Positions 11,049-20,629 of a DNA stretch of 51,364 bases are shown here, piece by piece. The stretch lies in sequence record SRR20825006_666. One strand, 5' to 3'. Within the stretch, counting starts at the first letter, position 1, and each line of letters opens with the position of its first letter. The position numbers and the translations under genes were made by a program. The notes under the pieces are model-generated. The model did not search any database. It had not been told where the DNA came from and saw nothing but the letters and a program-made list of their open reading frames with translations.

Positions 11049-13382
11049 ATGGCAGATTATAGAGAGCTTTTGCGCCGGGCGATTGACGCCTTGCCGGAGA
11101 ATAACGGCACAGCCCGTCGGGCTGTTTACGAAAAGGCGCGTTCGGCGCTGGTGACGCAATTGCATGCGATTGAACCGCCTATTCCTGCGCGGGAAATCAC
11201 CCAACATCGCTTGACGCTAGAAGACTGCATTCGCCAAGTTGAGCAAGAGGCAACTGAAAAGCTTTTGCAGGGCCTTTCTCATCGCGAGCAAGAAGCTACA
11301 GTTGAGCAGGCCGTGCCAACACCTTCTATGCCAGAAGAGGTTGCGGTTGCGCAGCAACCTGCTGCGACAGTTGAGGAGCCTGAAGCAGAAGTTGAGGCTG
11401 AGGTTGAAACTGCTGTTGAGACGGAAACACCTGCAGTTGACGAGGTAGAACCTGCAGAAGAGACTTCGACAACAATCGAAGAATTTGTTGATGAAGCCGA
11501 GCAAGCACCAGAAGAAGCGGAATATGCTGCAGAGCATGTGACCAGCGATGATGGTGCTGACGATAGTTTTGAGCACGCGCCGATTGACGAAGAGTTTTCT
11601 GTAGAAGAACAAGATGCGTCGAGCGTGGTTGATGATCATCAACCTGACGAGGTAGAGGCGCCGGAGGAACAGACTGAGGCTGTTGTCGAAGAAGCGCCAA
11701 TTTCTTCGCAAGTGGATGTTGAAGAGCCTGAAGACCAGTCAGATGTGTCTGACGAAGATGCATCTGAGCCTGAAGTTGCAGACGTCGAAGAAGATGCTCA
11801 GGAAGAAGAGCTTGTCAGCGAAGCAGAGCAGGCGTCGGTTGATGACGAGACTGCAGATGATGACGATGAAAACAGCGATTTGGTGGCGCAGTTGGAAGAG
11901 CTTGGGGATGATACGCCAAGTGAATATACCGCCAACAGTGTAGACGATGTTATTGCGCAAGCGCGCGCTGCGGCGGGCCTTAACGCCCCAACACCTAATG
12001 TTGTGAGCGCAGAACCTGTTGCCAATAACAATGTTGAGGCGGCGCTTTCCAGTGTGCGGGAAGTCGATGTCGATCCCGAAGATCTGCGCCAATCCGATGA
12101 GGATGATGACGACGCGCAAGCGGCAATTGATCGCGCTTTGCTGGCGTTGGATCGTGAAGCTGAGGGTAAACATGAGCCTAGCGCTGATGAAGCGCTGTTG
12201 AGCGAAACGTCAAAAGGCGCAATTGCAGCGGCTGCTGAAAAAGAGACGAGCAAGCCAGAGCTTGTCGAAGAGAGTGAAGACTTTGTTGAGGATGAGCAAT
12301 CAGGCGGCGGTGGCGGCTTGTTGGTTTTCCTTGGCGTGTTTGTTTTGTTGATTGGCCTATTGGGTGGCGGCACTTATTGGGCCTGGCGCGAAGGTTATGT
12401 GAACCTTGATCCAGTGTTGGCGCAGGTTGGGTTGAGTGATTTGATTTCAAATCCAACAAATGGGGACACAGGCGACACCCCACAGCCGACAGACACAAAC
12501 AATACTGAAACACCTCCGCAAACAAATGTGCGCGATGTGACACCGGCTAATACCGGCAACAACACTGCACCGAGCACAAGCGACACAGGCGGTGAAGCGC
12601 CTCGTTTGACACCAGAAGAGCCATCTGACCAAACAGATAGCGCGACTACCGACACGGCAACCACCGACGATAGTGCAGCCGCCACTGGCACTGACACGCC
12701 AGCAACGGATGCGCCGACGGATGATGCATCAGGCACTGATACGGCTACTGCTTCAGATGATGCTCGCTTGCCTAGCGAAGATGACAGTGCGCCGGCGGAA
12801 GACACGACGGAAAATCCGTTGAATGTTCAGGACCCGACTGCGCAAGCAACTGCTGGTTCACAATCCTTATTGATTGAAGAACAAACAAGTGGTGCTGGCG
12901 GCGCCGTTCCATTTTCTGGACAAACCCAATGGACACGTGATGTGGATGAACTGGGAATTCCAACGATCCGCGCATCAGCGTCTATTCCTGCGCGTAACTT
13001 GTCCGTTGATATGCTGATCCGCAAAAATAGTGATGAGGCGTTGCCTGCTAGCCATTTGGTTGAAGTGAACTTCACGGTTACCGATAGCTTCCTTGGTGGC
13101 AGCATTGCCAGTTTGCCTGGCGTGTTGATGAAAGATCAGGAATTGGCGCAAGGCACGACTTTGGTTGGCGCATCCGTACGGATCGTCGATAACTCATTCC
13201 TGTTCGCTATGAGTGGTTCAGAAAATGATGTTGCGCGTAATCTTGAACTTCTCGGCCAAAATGGCTGGCTCGATTTGCCTCTGATTTATGGCACTGGTCG
13301 CAAAGCGATTTTGACCTTGGAAAAGGGCACGGCAGGCACTCAAATCTTTGAAGAAGTGCTGGCCGAATGGGCTGCCAACTAG
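11049..13382 (+). CDS. Conserved Rhizobiales bitopic membrane protein with a very long acidic disordered region, probable RgsA (polar growth/septation) homolog
   Basis: Conserved N-terminus MADYRELLRRAIDALPENNGTARRAVYEKAR, E/D-rich linker, single TM near aa 425-447, T/D/P-rich linker, folded C-terminal domain; position directly after purA recalled from Sinorhizobium. Confidence 0.65.
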   Translation: MADYRELLRRAIDALPENNGTARRAVYEKARSALVTQLHAIEPPIPAREITQHRLTLEDCIRQVEQEATEKLLQGLSHREQEATVEQAVPTPSMPEEVAVAQQPAATVEEPEAEVEAEVETAVETETPAVDEVEPAEETSTTIEEFVDEAEQAPEEAEYAAEHVTSDDGADDSFEHAPIDEEFSVEEQDASSVVDDHQPDEVEAPEEQTEAVVEEAPISSQVDVEEPEDQSDVSDEDASEPEVADVEEDAQEEELVSEAEQASVDDETADDDDENSDLVAQLEELGDDTPSEYTANSVDDVIAQARAAAGLNAPTPNVVSAEPVANNNVEAALSSVREVDVDPEDLRQSDEDDDDAQAAIDRALLALDREAEGKHEPSADEALLSETSKGAIAAAAEKETSKPELVEESEDFVEDEQSGGGGGLLVFLGVFVLLIGLLGGGTYWAWREGYVNLDPVLAQVGLSDLISNPTNGDTGDTPQPTDTNNTETPPQTNVRDVTPANTGNNTAPSTSDTGGEAPRLTPEEPSDQTDSATTDTATTDDSAAATGTDTPATDAPTDDASGTDTATASDDARLPSEDDSAPAEDTTENPLNVQDPTAQATAGSQSLLIEEQTSGAGGAVPFSGQTQWTRDVDELGIPTIRASASIPARNLSVDMLIRKNSDEALPASHLVEVNFTVTDSFLGGSIASLPGVLMKDQELAQGTTLVGASVRIVDNSFLFAMSGSENDVARNLELLGQNGWLDLPLIYGTGRKAILTLEKGTAGTQIFEEVLAEWAAN

Positions 13383-13386
13383 CTGA

Positions 13387-14004
13387 TTAGACCGCGTGCA
13401 GCTTTCCCTCTTTGAGGGTGAGTTGCCGCGTTGCTAACTCCGTCAAATCTTTCTGGTGATGGCTGACCAAGATTGTGTGCCAATCGTTCTGTTTGACAAG
13501 TTTGCGCACTAGCGAACGCATTTCGTCCGCAGTTTGATCATCAAGTGCGGAGAAAGGCTCGTCTAACAATAGGATGGGTCGGTTACGTCCCAAGGTGCGT
13601 GCAAGTGCAACACGCTGCTGTTGGCCGCCTGAAAGCTCAGCACAAAGGCTTTTTTCAAATCCCTCTAGATCGACCTGTTTCAGCAGTTCATCTGCCCCAC
13701 TGGGCTGTTCTAAGCCTAATTCGACGTTCTTTTTGGCGGTGAGGTGCTCAAAGATATTGTCTTTTTGGAAAAGGATCGAGATCGGGCGGTGCTCCGTTCT
13801 CAGCGCACTTAGTTCCTCTCCATTCAGCAGAATTGATCCGCTACTTGGGCGAAGAAATCCCGCAATCAGGTCCAACAAGGTTGATTTGCCAGAACCGCTT
13901 TTGCCGGAAATACCCAATATTTCGCCTGCTTCCACGTTTAACGAAAAGTCATATGCCGGGGCGTTGGGACCGTATGAAAAATGTAGTTGATTTATATTAA
14001 GCAC
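13387..14004 (-). CDS. thiQ: Thiamine ABC transporter ATP-binding protein
   Basis: GKSGSGKS, LSGGQQQR, LLLDEPFSALD; last gene of thiBP operon; GTG start. Confidence 0.93.
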   Translation of the reverse strand: MLNINQLHFSYGPNAPAYDFSLNVEAGEILGISGKSGSGKSTLLDLIAGFLRPSSGSILLNGEELSALRTEHRPISILFQKDNIFEHLTAKKNVELGLEQPSGADELLKQVDLEGFEKSLCAELSGGQQQRVALARTLGRNRPILLLDEPFSALDDQTADEMRSLVRKLVKQNDWHTILVSHHQKDLTELATRQLTLKEGKLHAV

Positions 14005-15682
14005 GGCGATTGATCCTGAACAGGTGGGGCAGTGCCCAAAAACTTAAAATGACAAGCGCCAGCAAAATGGCGGCAACAAGAGCTGCATCGTTGGAGCGAT
14101 AGCTGCCAAGGGCGCGATACATAAGCCAGGGCAGGGTTGAAAATTCGTCGGTGCCGAATAAGGCAATTACGCCAACGTCGCCGAGAGAAAAGGTGAAGCC
14201 GAGAGCGAACACATATCCCGCTTCGCGACGAGACAAAGGCCATTCGATATAGCGGAAACGTTGCCAGCCAGACATATTGAGCGACATGGACAATTTGCCA
14301 TATCGGTTGGCGAGTTTCTCAAATGAAGGCGTAAGAGCTGCGCTGGCCAGTGGCAGGGCCAAAAGCGCGTTCGCCAAAATCAATACCCAGACACCAACAG
14401 ATTGCGTGGGGAGGGCGAGATGTCGCGTGATCAAGAAAAAACCGAGCCCAAGCACCATCGCTGGCATGGCCATATAGGCAAAGATTGGCGCGCCTAAGAT
14501 CATTCTAAACAGGCGCGGGAAACGGGCTGTGCCCAATTTCTCAGCGCGTTTGAGCTCGGCGCGAGCTACTGCCAGAAGTGTTGCCAAAACTAATGTCAGG
14601 CTGGCGCTTACACTCGCAATGGTCAGACTTGCTTGCAATGCATTCAAGAATTTCTCTTTGGCCAGATAGGGCAGAAGTGCTGGTGAAATCGCTTTTTGAA
14701 TGATTGCGAACAGCGGGGTGAGATAATATGCAGCAACTATCAGCAGCAGGATGGTGAGAGCCCATTTTGACGGGCCGAACGCTGGCCAAATATTTTGTGT
14801 GCCCGGCTTGCCGATCATCATGCTTTTGGTGTTCCAATTGGCGGCAGGCACAATGATGATCAAGCAAAAAAGCAACTGGCTTGCGGCCAACAAGGCCGCG
14901 CGGTTCAAATCAAAGTCGAGCTTTACGGCTTCGAAAATGGCCACTTCGAAGGTGGCATTGGCAGGGCCGCCACCTAGCAAGAGCACCAAGGCAAATGAGG
15001 TAAAGCACATGAGGAAAATGGTTGCAGCCAATCCCGGGATGGCCGGTTTTAGGGTGGGCCATTCCACATAGATAAATCGTGCGAAGGGGCTAAGATTGAG
15101 GGATCGACCCAGTTTCAGTTTTGTTGTTGGCGTACTGGCAAGACGATCGTAAAATAGACGCGCCGCGAACGATCCATTTAGAAGCGTATGCGCCATTAGA
15201 ATGCCGACAAGGCCAAAGATCGAAAAATTGAGGTCTTGATCAAAGAGAGTTTTTGAAGCGGTGCGAAGCCAGCCCGCGCGGCCCCAAACGGCCAGCAAAC
15301 CAAACGCTACGATAATCGTGGGCAGCACCAAGCCTGCAGACATTAAGGCGATGGCGAAGTTTTTGCCGCGAAAGTTCAAGCGGTAAAGCGCAACGGCAGT
15401 GAAGATGCCAACAATTAGGGAAAACAGAACAGATAGGGCTGCCTGTATCGTACTCATGCGGAGCAAATGCCAGATATTGGCGCTCAACGCACTTTGGTTC
15501 GAGGGCAGGTTCTGCGCGGCATTAACAATGACGAACAGCACTAGAAAGATGGTTGCAAAAACGAAAAAAGTGATCGCGAGACCACTGATAAACCGCCAGT
15601 TGATGGGCGAATGCGCCGCCGCTTTATGCGGCGACGCATTGATTGATTTTGATTTATTGGCCGATTGCGGCAAAGAAGTCAT
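13997..15682 (-). CDS. thiP: Thiamine ABC transporter permease
   Basis: Duplicated permease domains, LLLGGGPANATFEVAI, SLGDVGVIALFG; start at ATG 15682 is estimated. Confidence 0.93.
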   Translation of the reverse strand: MTSLPQSANKSKSINASPHKAAAHSPINWRFISGLAITFFVFATIFLVLFVIVNAAQNLPSNQSALSANIWHLLRMSTIQAALSVLFSLIVGIFTAVALYRLNFRGKNFAIALMSAGLVLPTIIVAFGLLAVWGRAGWLRTASKTLFDQDLNFSIFGLVGILMAHTLLNGSFAARLFYDRLASTPTTKLKLGRSLNLSPFARFIYVEWPTLKPAIPGLAATIFLMCFTSFALVLLLGGGPANATFEVAIFEAVKLDFDLNRAALLAASQLLFCLIIIVPAANWNTKSMMIGKPGTQNIWPAFGPSKWALTILLLIVAAYYLTPLFAIIQKAISPALLPYLAKEKFLNALQASLTIASVSASLTLVLATLLAVARAELKRAEKLGTARFPRLFRMILGAPIFAYMAMPAMVLGLGFFLITRHLALPTQSVGVWVLILANALLALPLASAALTPSFEKLANRYGKLSMSLNMSGWQRFRYIEWPLSRREAGYVFALGFTFSLGDVGVIALFGTDEFSTLPWLMYRALGSYRSNDAALVAAILLALVILSFWALPHLFRINRRA

Positions 15683-16664
15683 CAATATATTTCTTTGTGT
15701 TCTGACCCACTGTTTCATCGTCCAAAATGAGGCTGTTCTCTTTTGGCAATGGGGTATCAAACCCTTCAGGCAAGCCATTGTCCAGCGGCACAACTGGGAA
15801 CATCCAGTTGGTTGTTGGGATAATGCTTTGCCCAGCTTGGCTGACCAAATAGGTCAGGAAGTCATTGGCCAGCTGCTTTTGGTCTGAGCTTTCCAAAATG
15901 CCCGCCAATTCAATTTGCACGTAGTGACCTTCTTCGAATTGGGCCGCCAGATATTTGCTCTCCTCTTCAGCTATGCGGTGGTAAGAAGGGGAGCTGGTGT
16001 ATGACAAGACCATATCCGCTTCGCCTTCAAGAAAAAGGCTGTAAGATTCAGACCAGCCTTTCGTAACGGTCAGAATATTAGGCGCAATGTCGGCCCAAAG
16101 CTTGTCAGCTTGGTCGCCCTTTGCGGCTTGCATCCAAAGCACAAGGCCAAGGCCTGGTGTGGAAGAGCGGGGATCTTGGATGGCAATTTTGAATTCTTCG
16201 CTCAACGCTGCCAATTCTTCAAATGACGACGGTGGTGTTTCGATTTTGCTGCTGTCATAGACAAATGCGAAATAGCCATAGTCGAAGGGCACAAACTGGC
16301 TTGAGGCATAATCAACAGGCAATTCAAGCGCTGAGAGATCAACATTGTGATCAGCGAACAATTCGGTATTTTTCGCTTCTGCGGCCACACTTGTGTCGAG
16401 ACCTAGAATGATGTCGGCTTCAGTGCCAGGGCCTTCTAATTGTGCTTTGCGCAATGCACCAATTGATGAATCGGCACCAACAAAATCAACTGTACATTCG
16501 CAGCTTTCTTCAAAGCCGGCTTTGAGTTGTGGGCCCGGGCCCCATTCTGCGGCGAAGCCATCATATGTGTAGATGGTGAGTGTGGGCTTATCTTGTGCTG
16601 CGGCTGCAGATACAAGGGTTGAAAAGCCTACAAGCGCCGCAAGTCCGATTTTTTGAAAAGACAT
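15654..16664 (-). CDS. thiB: Thiamine ABC transporter substrate-binding protein
   Basis: Signal peptide, YTYDGFAAEWGPG, PFDYGYFAFVYD, DPRSSTPGLG; preceded by a TPP riboswitch. Confidence 0.96.
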   Translation of the reverse strand: MSFQKIGLAALVGFSTLVSAAAAQDKPTLTIYTYDGFAAEWGPGPQLKAGFEESCECTVDFVGADSSIGALRKAQLEGPGTEADIILGLDTSVAAEAKNTELFADHNVDLSALELPVDYASSQFVPFDYGYFAFVYDSSKIETPPSSFEELAALSEEFKIAIQDPRSSTPGLGLVLWMQAAKGDQADKLWADIAPNILTVTKGWSESYSLFLEGEADMVLSYTSSPSYHRIAEEESKYLAAQFEEGHYVQIELAGILESSDQKQLANDFLTYLVSQAGQSIIPTTNWMFPVVPLDNGLPEGFDTPLPKENSLILDDETVGQNTKKYIDDFFAAIGQ

Positions 16665-16739
16665 TTATTTCTCCTTAGAAACAGGACATATTGCGATCGT
16701 GCTTGAAAGGGGAAAGTCGAAGTGGGGAACATTTGTTCC

Positions 16740-16830
16740 TTTTCGCTCAAACTCCCTCCGCCAGCATGACCTGGTTCAGGTTCAATGGGTAAAATCTCAG
16801 CTCAAATGAGCACCCCAGTGAGACAGGGCC
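16740..16830 (-). promoter_or_regulatory. TPP riboswitch (THI element)
   Basis: Minus strand reads CTCACTGGGGTGCTCATTTGAGCTGAGATTTTACCCATTGAACCTGAACCAGGTCATGCTGGCGGAGGGAG, containing the GGGG, CUGAGA, ACCC, ACCUGA and GCG-AGG core. Confidence 0.95.
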
Positions 16831-16866
16831 AACCTATCTGAAATGTCATAAGATTCAAGAACCAAT

Positions 16867-17577
16867 ATGCCGCAAGATTCCACCATTTCATCGTCGCTGA
16901 CCTTTGATCGTCCGCTTATCGTTTTGGGCGGTGGTTTTGTGGATGAGGCATTGTTGAAGACCTTGGCTGCACGAGGCTATCCCGTTGTCGCTGCTGATGG
17001 TGCCGCCCATGTTGCGCTGGCTGCTGGCGTGCCCTTGGTGGCGATTATTGGCGATATGGACTCATATGACCCAGACCCGGATTTGTCTGCCGATACCCAG
17101 ATTGTCGAAGTTGCGGAACAAGCCACCACGGATTTTGAAAAGTGCCTCTATAAAACTTCAGCGCCGCTTTATATTTGTTTGGGGATGATGGGGAAGCGCT
17201 TTGACCATAGTTTGGCTGCGCTGCATGCGGCACAAAAATATGGTGCGGAGAAAAACCTGATTTTGATGGATCAGACTGACGTTATCGCGGTTGTTTCTGG
17301 CGCTGTTGAGTTTTCCGTGCCTGTGGGTACTCGGGTTTCTGTTTATCCATTGGCACCGACGCAAATGGAATATTCATATGGTTTGGAATATCCGCTCAAT
17401 GGCTTAACCTTGGCGCAAGGCGAATTGATCGGTACATCAAATTGCGCCAATAAAAATCAGGTCAAAATTGTACAAGACAAGACGGCACCAAAGCCCTTTT
17501 TGTTGATTCTGCCCAACGAATATTTAGACGCTTTAATTGAAATCGAGACTCATCATGTATCAGCCACCAGCATTTAG
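16867..17577 (+). CDS. thiN: Thiamine diphosphokinase
   Basis: VAADGAA, IIGDMDS, EQATTDFEK, GKRFDH, GLEYPL, GTSN. Confidence 0.93.
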   Translation: MPQDSTISSSLTFDRPLIVLGGGFVDEALLKTLAARGYPVVAADGAAHVALAAGVPLVAIIGDMDSYDPDPDLSADTQIVEVAEQATTDFEKCLYKTSAPLYICLGMMGKRFDHSLAALHAAQKYGAEKNLILMDQTDVIAVVSGAVEFSVPVGTRVSVYPLAPTQMEYSYGLEYPLNGLTLAQGELIGTSNCANKNQVKIVQDKTAPKPFLLILPNEYLDALIEIETHHVSATSI

Positions 17578-18184
17578 AGAAGATCGCCCGGAAGTCATTG
17601 AAGAATTGGTGCGCGCGCATCCTTTGGGATTGCTCACGGTAAATGGCAGAGAAGTGCCAATTGTGCACCATTTGCCCATGATCTGGGTGAATGATGGTGA
17701 TGATGCAAGCCTCTTGATGCATCTGTCGCGTGGAAATGATCTGATCAAGCATGTTGGGGATGGGCAAAAGGCGCTCGCGATTTTCCAAGGGGCAACGCAT
17801 TATATCACGCCGAGCTGGTATCCGGGCAAAAGAGAACATGGCAAGGAAGTACCAACCTACAACTATATGGTGGCGCATCTAGAGGGGACGTTGCACTTTC
17901 ACCAAGATGCAAGTTGGTTGTTGGATCATTTGACTGGCTTAACCGATCAAATGGAAAAGGGGCGTGAAACGCCTTGGAAAGTCAGCGATGCGCCAGATGA
18001 TTATACGGCACGCCAGCTTAAAGGCATTTATGGCGTTGAATTGCGCATCACCAAAATGTTGGGCAAGTGGAAAGCTAGCCAGAACCGCGCTGTTGAAGAT
18101 CGGCTTGCTGTCGTGAATGGATTGCAGCGGGAAGGTAGTGATGAGGCCCAGCGCATGGCCGACCTCATCGAATCAAAGCCATAA
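17555..18184 (+). CDS. PaiB-like FMN/heme-binding split-barrel protein (negative transcriptional regulator family)
   Basis: MYQPPAFRE, HYITPSWYP, VPTYNY, GKWKASQNR. Confidence 0.9.
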   Translation: MYQPPAFREDRPEVIEELVRAHPLGLLTVNGREVPIVHHLPMIWVNDGDDASLLMHLSRGNDLIKHVGDGQKALAIFQGATHYITPSWYPGKREHGKEVPTYNYMVAHLEGTLHFHQDASWLLDHLTGLTDQMEKGRETPWKVSDAPDDYTARQLKGIYGVELRITKMLGKWKASQNRAVEDRLAVVNGLQREGSDEAQRMADLIESKP

Positions 18185-18193
18185 GCGCCTCGG

Positions 18194-19066
18194 TTATGCG
18201 TTTTCCAGCATGGCGCGTTTGACTTCAGCCTGCACCTTTTCGAAAGCACGCACTTCAATTTGACGGATACGTTCGCGTGATACGTCAAATTCTTGGGCCA
18301 GCTCTTCCAGTGTAAGTGGCGGCTCTTTCAAACGGCGGGCTTCAAAAATCTTTTGCTCACGCTCGTTCAGAACGCCCATAGCGTCACTGAGCAACTGCAT
18401 GCGCTCGTCATATTCTTGGCTGTCGCCGAGCACTTTTTCTTGGCTTGGCGCTTCATCCACCAACCAATCTTGCCATTGTGAGGCACCTTCATCTGAACGC
18501 ATTGGTGCGTTTAGAGATGCGTCGCCGGTCAGCCGCTCATTCATTGAAATCACATCATCTTCGGACACATCCAAAGTTGTGGCGATTTGTTTGACCTGAT
18601 CGGGATGCAGCGCGCCATCTTCTAGCGCGGCCAGTTGGCCTTTTACTTTGCGCAAGTTGAAGAACAGGCGCTTTTGCGCGGCGGTGGTGCCGATTTTCAC
18701 CAAAGACCATGAGCGCAACACATATTCCTGGATCGAGGCGCGAATCCACCACATGGCGTAGGTAGCCAAGCGAAAGCCCTTATCGGGTTCAAACCGTTTC
18801 ACAGCCTGCATCAAGCCGACATTGCCTTCTGAAATCACTTCTGAGATGGGCAGGCCGTAGCCGCGATAACCCATGGCAATTTTGGCCACCAGCCGCAAAT
18901 GCGAGGTGATCAGCTTTTGAGCTGCTTCTGGATCTTCATGCTCTTTATAGCGCTTGGCGAGCATAAATTCTTCGTCCGGTTCCAGCATTGGAAATTTACG
19001 AATTTCCTGCAAATAGCGGGACAGGCCGCTATCGGACGATAAGGTTGGCAAATTAGACTGGGCCAT
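18194..19066 (-). CDS. rpoH: RNA polymerase sigma-32 factor
   Basis: SHLRLVAKIAMGYRGYGL, RpoH box QKRLFFNLRK, VSRERIRQIE. Confidence 0.97.
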   Translation of the reverse strand: MAQSNLPTLSSDSGLSRYLQEIRKFPMLEPDEEFMLAKRYKEHEDPEAAQKLITSHLRLVAKIAMGYRGYGLPISEVISEGNVGLMQAVKRFEPDKGFRLATYAMWWIRASIQEYVLRSWSLVKIGTTAAQKRLFFNLRKVKGQLAALEDGALHPDQVKQIATTLDVSEDDVISMNERLTGDASLNAPMRSDEGASQWQDWLVDEAPSQEKVLGDSQEYDERMQLLSDAMGVLNEREQKIFEARRLKEPPLTLEELAQEFDVSRERIRQIEVRAFEKVQAEVKRAMLENA

Positions 19067-19170
19067 ATAGCACCCTCACTCCTATGACAATCGCCATTTA
19101 TGCTTTGCGCATCAAACGGCAATGCAGCGCTTCGACAATCGAACACGCTCAAATCATTCCATTGGACAGT

Positions 19171-19198
19171 ATATAGGTTCGATATAGGGGTTTTCATC
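19171..19198 (-). promoter_or_regulatory. Putative sigma-32-type promoter of rpoH
   Basis: Minus strand GATGAA-N15-CCTATAT, close to the rhizobial CTTGAA-N15/16-CCTATAT consensus. Confidence 0.4.
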
Positions 19199-19251
19199 CC
19201 CTAAAAATGAAAAAATATCATGCAAATTTGCATTTATTGTGAAAAATGACC

Positions 19252-20262
19252 CTAAATTTCAGCTTGAAGTGTATTTTCCAACTCTTGCATATCGTCGGGT
19301 AAAGGTGCGGTGAAGGTCATTTTTTCACCGCTGATTGGATGTTCGAATCCCAGCAAGGCGGCGTGTAGTGCTTGTCTGCCGAGTGCTTTTAACGCTTGCT
19401 GGGCAGGCATTGGCAGATTGCGCATTTTGCTTTCCATGCCCGCGCCATAATTTGTGTCGCCTAAAAGCGGATGACCAATGTGGGTCATATGCACGCGAAT
19501 TTGATGGGTTCGTCCTGTTTCCAAGCGGCACTTGACCCGCGAAACGGTCCATTTGTGGCCGCCAAATGTGTGGTCCAACTGGAAATGGGTGATGGCATTT
19601 CTACCACCAGTTTTCAAAACTGCCTGCTTGATGCGGTTTTTGGGATCACGGCCAATTTGCGTTTTGATGGTGCCGTTTGCCGGTCGCGGCTCGCCCCAAA
19701 CTAGGGCGAGATACTCTCTTTCCAACGGTCCTGTGCGCCCATGGTCCGCGAATTGCGCGGCAAGGTGGTTGTGGGCCTGTTCAGTTTTCGCCACAACCAT
19801 AACGCCGGTAGTGTCTTTATCCAGTCGATGGACAATGCCCGGGCGCTTTACGCCGCCGATGCCGGAAAGGCTGTCCCCACAATGATAGAGCAGCGCATTG
19901 ACCAATGTGCCGTCTTCGTTGCCAGCGGCGGGGTGCACCACCATGTCGGCAGGCTTATTGACGACGATAAGCGCATCATCTTCGAACAATATATCCAGGC
20001 TGATTTTTTGCGCTTCTGGCGTTGCATCAATTGGTTGGGGCAAATTGAGGCAAATTTGCTGATCTTGTTTGACGCGGTATTTCGGCTCGCTTATGGTCGC
20101 GCCATCAATTGTGAGGGCATTTTGCTTGATCAGATCTTGGCAGCGTGAGCGGCTTATATCTTGAGCAAAATGAGCCACCACAACATCCAAGCGCTTTCCG
20201 GCCCACTCGGCGGAAACCGTAAAGTCTAGCACTTGTTGCGCGTCCGAGGAGCATGCGGTCAT
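19252..20262 (-). CDS. rluD: RluA family pseudouridine synthase (RluD-like, with S4 domain)
   Basis: GKRLD S4 domain, NKPADMVVHP, catalytic GIVHRLDKDTTG, TGRTHQIRVH, RQALHA. Confidence 0.93.
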   Translation of the reverse strand: MTACSSDAQQVLDFTVSAEWAGKRLDVVVAHFAQDISRSRCQDLIKQNALTIDGATISEPKYRVKQDQQICLNLPQPIDATPEAQKISLDILFEDDALIVVNKPADMVVHPAAGNEDGTLVNALLYHCGDSLSGIGGVKRPGIVHRLDKDTTGVMVVAKTEQAHNHLAAQFADHGRTGPLEREYLALVWGEPRPANGTIKTQIGRDPKNRIKQAVLKTGGRNAITHFQLDHTFGGHKWTVSRVKCRLETGRTHQIRVHMTHIGHPLLGDTNYGAGMESKMRNLPMPAQQALKALGRQALHAALLGFEHPISGEKMTFTAPLPDDMQELENTLQAEI

Positions 20263-20617
20263 GTCAAATAACACTCCGAATTCAAATGAGGATCAAGAAC
20301 CGCTTAGCCCTGAAGCTGAAGCAGTGATCAAACGTGCACGCCGCTCATTTGGTGTGTCGATGATGATCATGTTGGTTGGCTTTATGGCGGTTGCTGGCGC
20401 GCTTGTCTATCGGGTCACGCAAAATTCTGCTGCCAATCAATATCAAGCCCAAACAATTGCATTGCCGCAAGGGGCGGTGGTTAAGTCTGCTGTGGCTCAA
20501 TCAGGCACCATCACACTAACACTTGAGGTCAATGGCGAAGCGATGCTGCGCATTGTGGATGCGAAGTCTGGCCTTGTGTTGCAAGATGTGCGCTTTTCAC
20601 CAGAGCTTGCTGAATAG
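20261..20617 (+). CDS. Small conserved single-TM hypothetical protein
   Basis: Acidic N-terminus, basic patch, TM helix ending ALVYR, beta-rich C-terminus; divergent from rluD as in other Rhizobiales. Confidence 0.8.
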   Translation: MSNNTPNSNEDQEPLSPEAEAVIKRARRSFGVSMMIMLVGFMAVAGALVYRVTQNSAANQYQAQTIALPQGAVVKSAVAQSGTITLTLEVNGEAMLRIVDAKSGLVLQDVRFSPELAE

Positions 20618-20629
20618 CTGAAGCTTAAA

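Noticed and set aside
11280-12840. Tandem DNA repeats in the acidic protein gene
   Set aside because: Only low-complexity codon bias, with no discrete repeat unit
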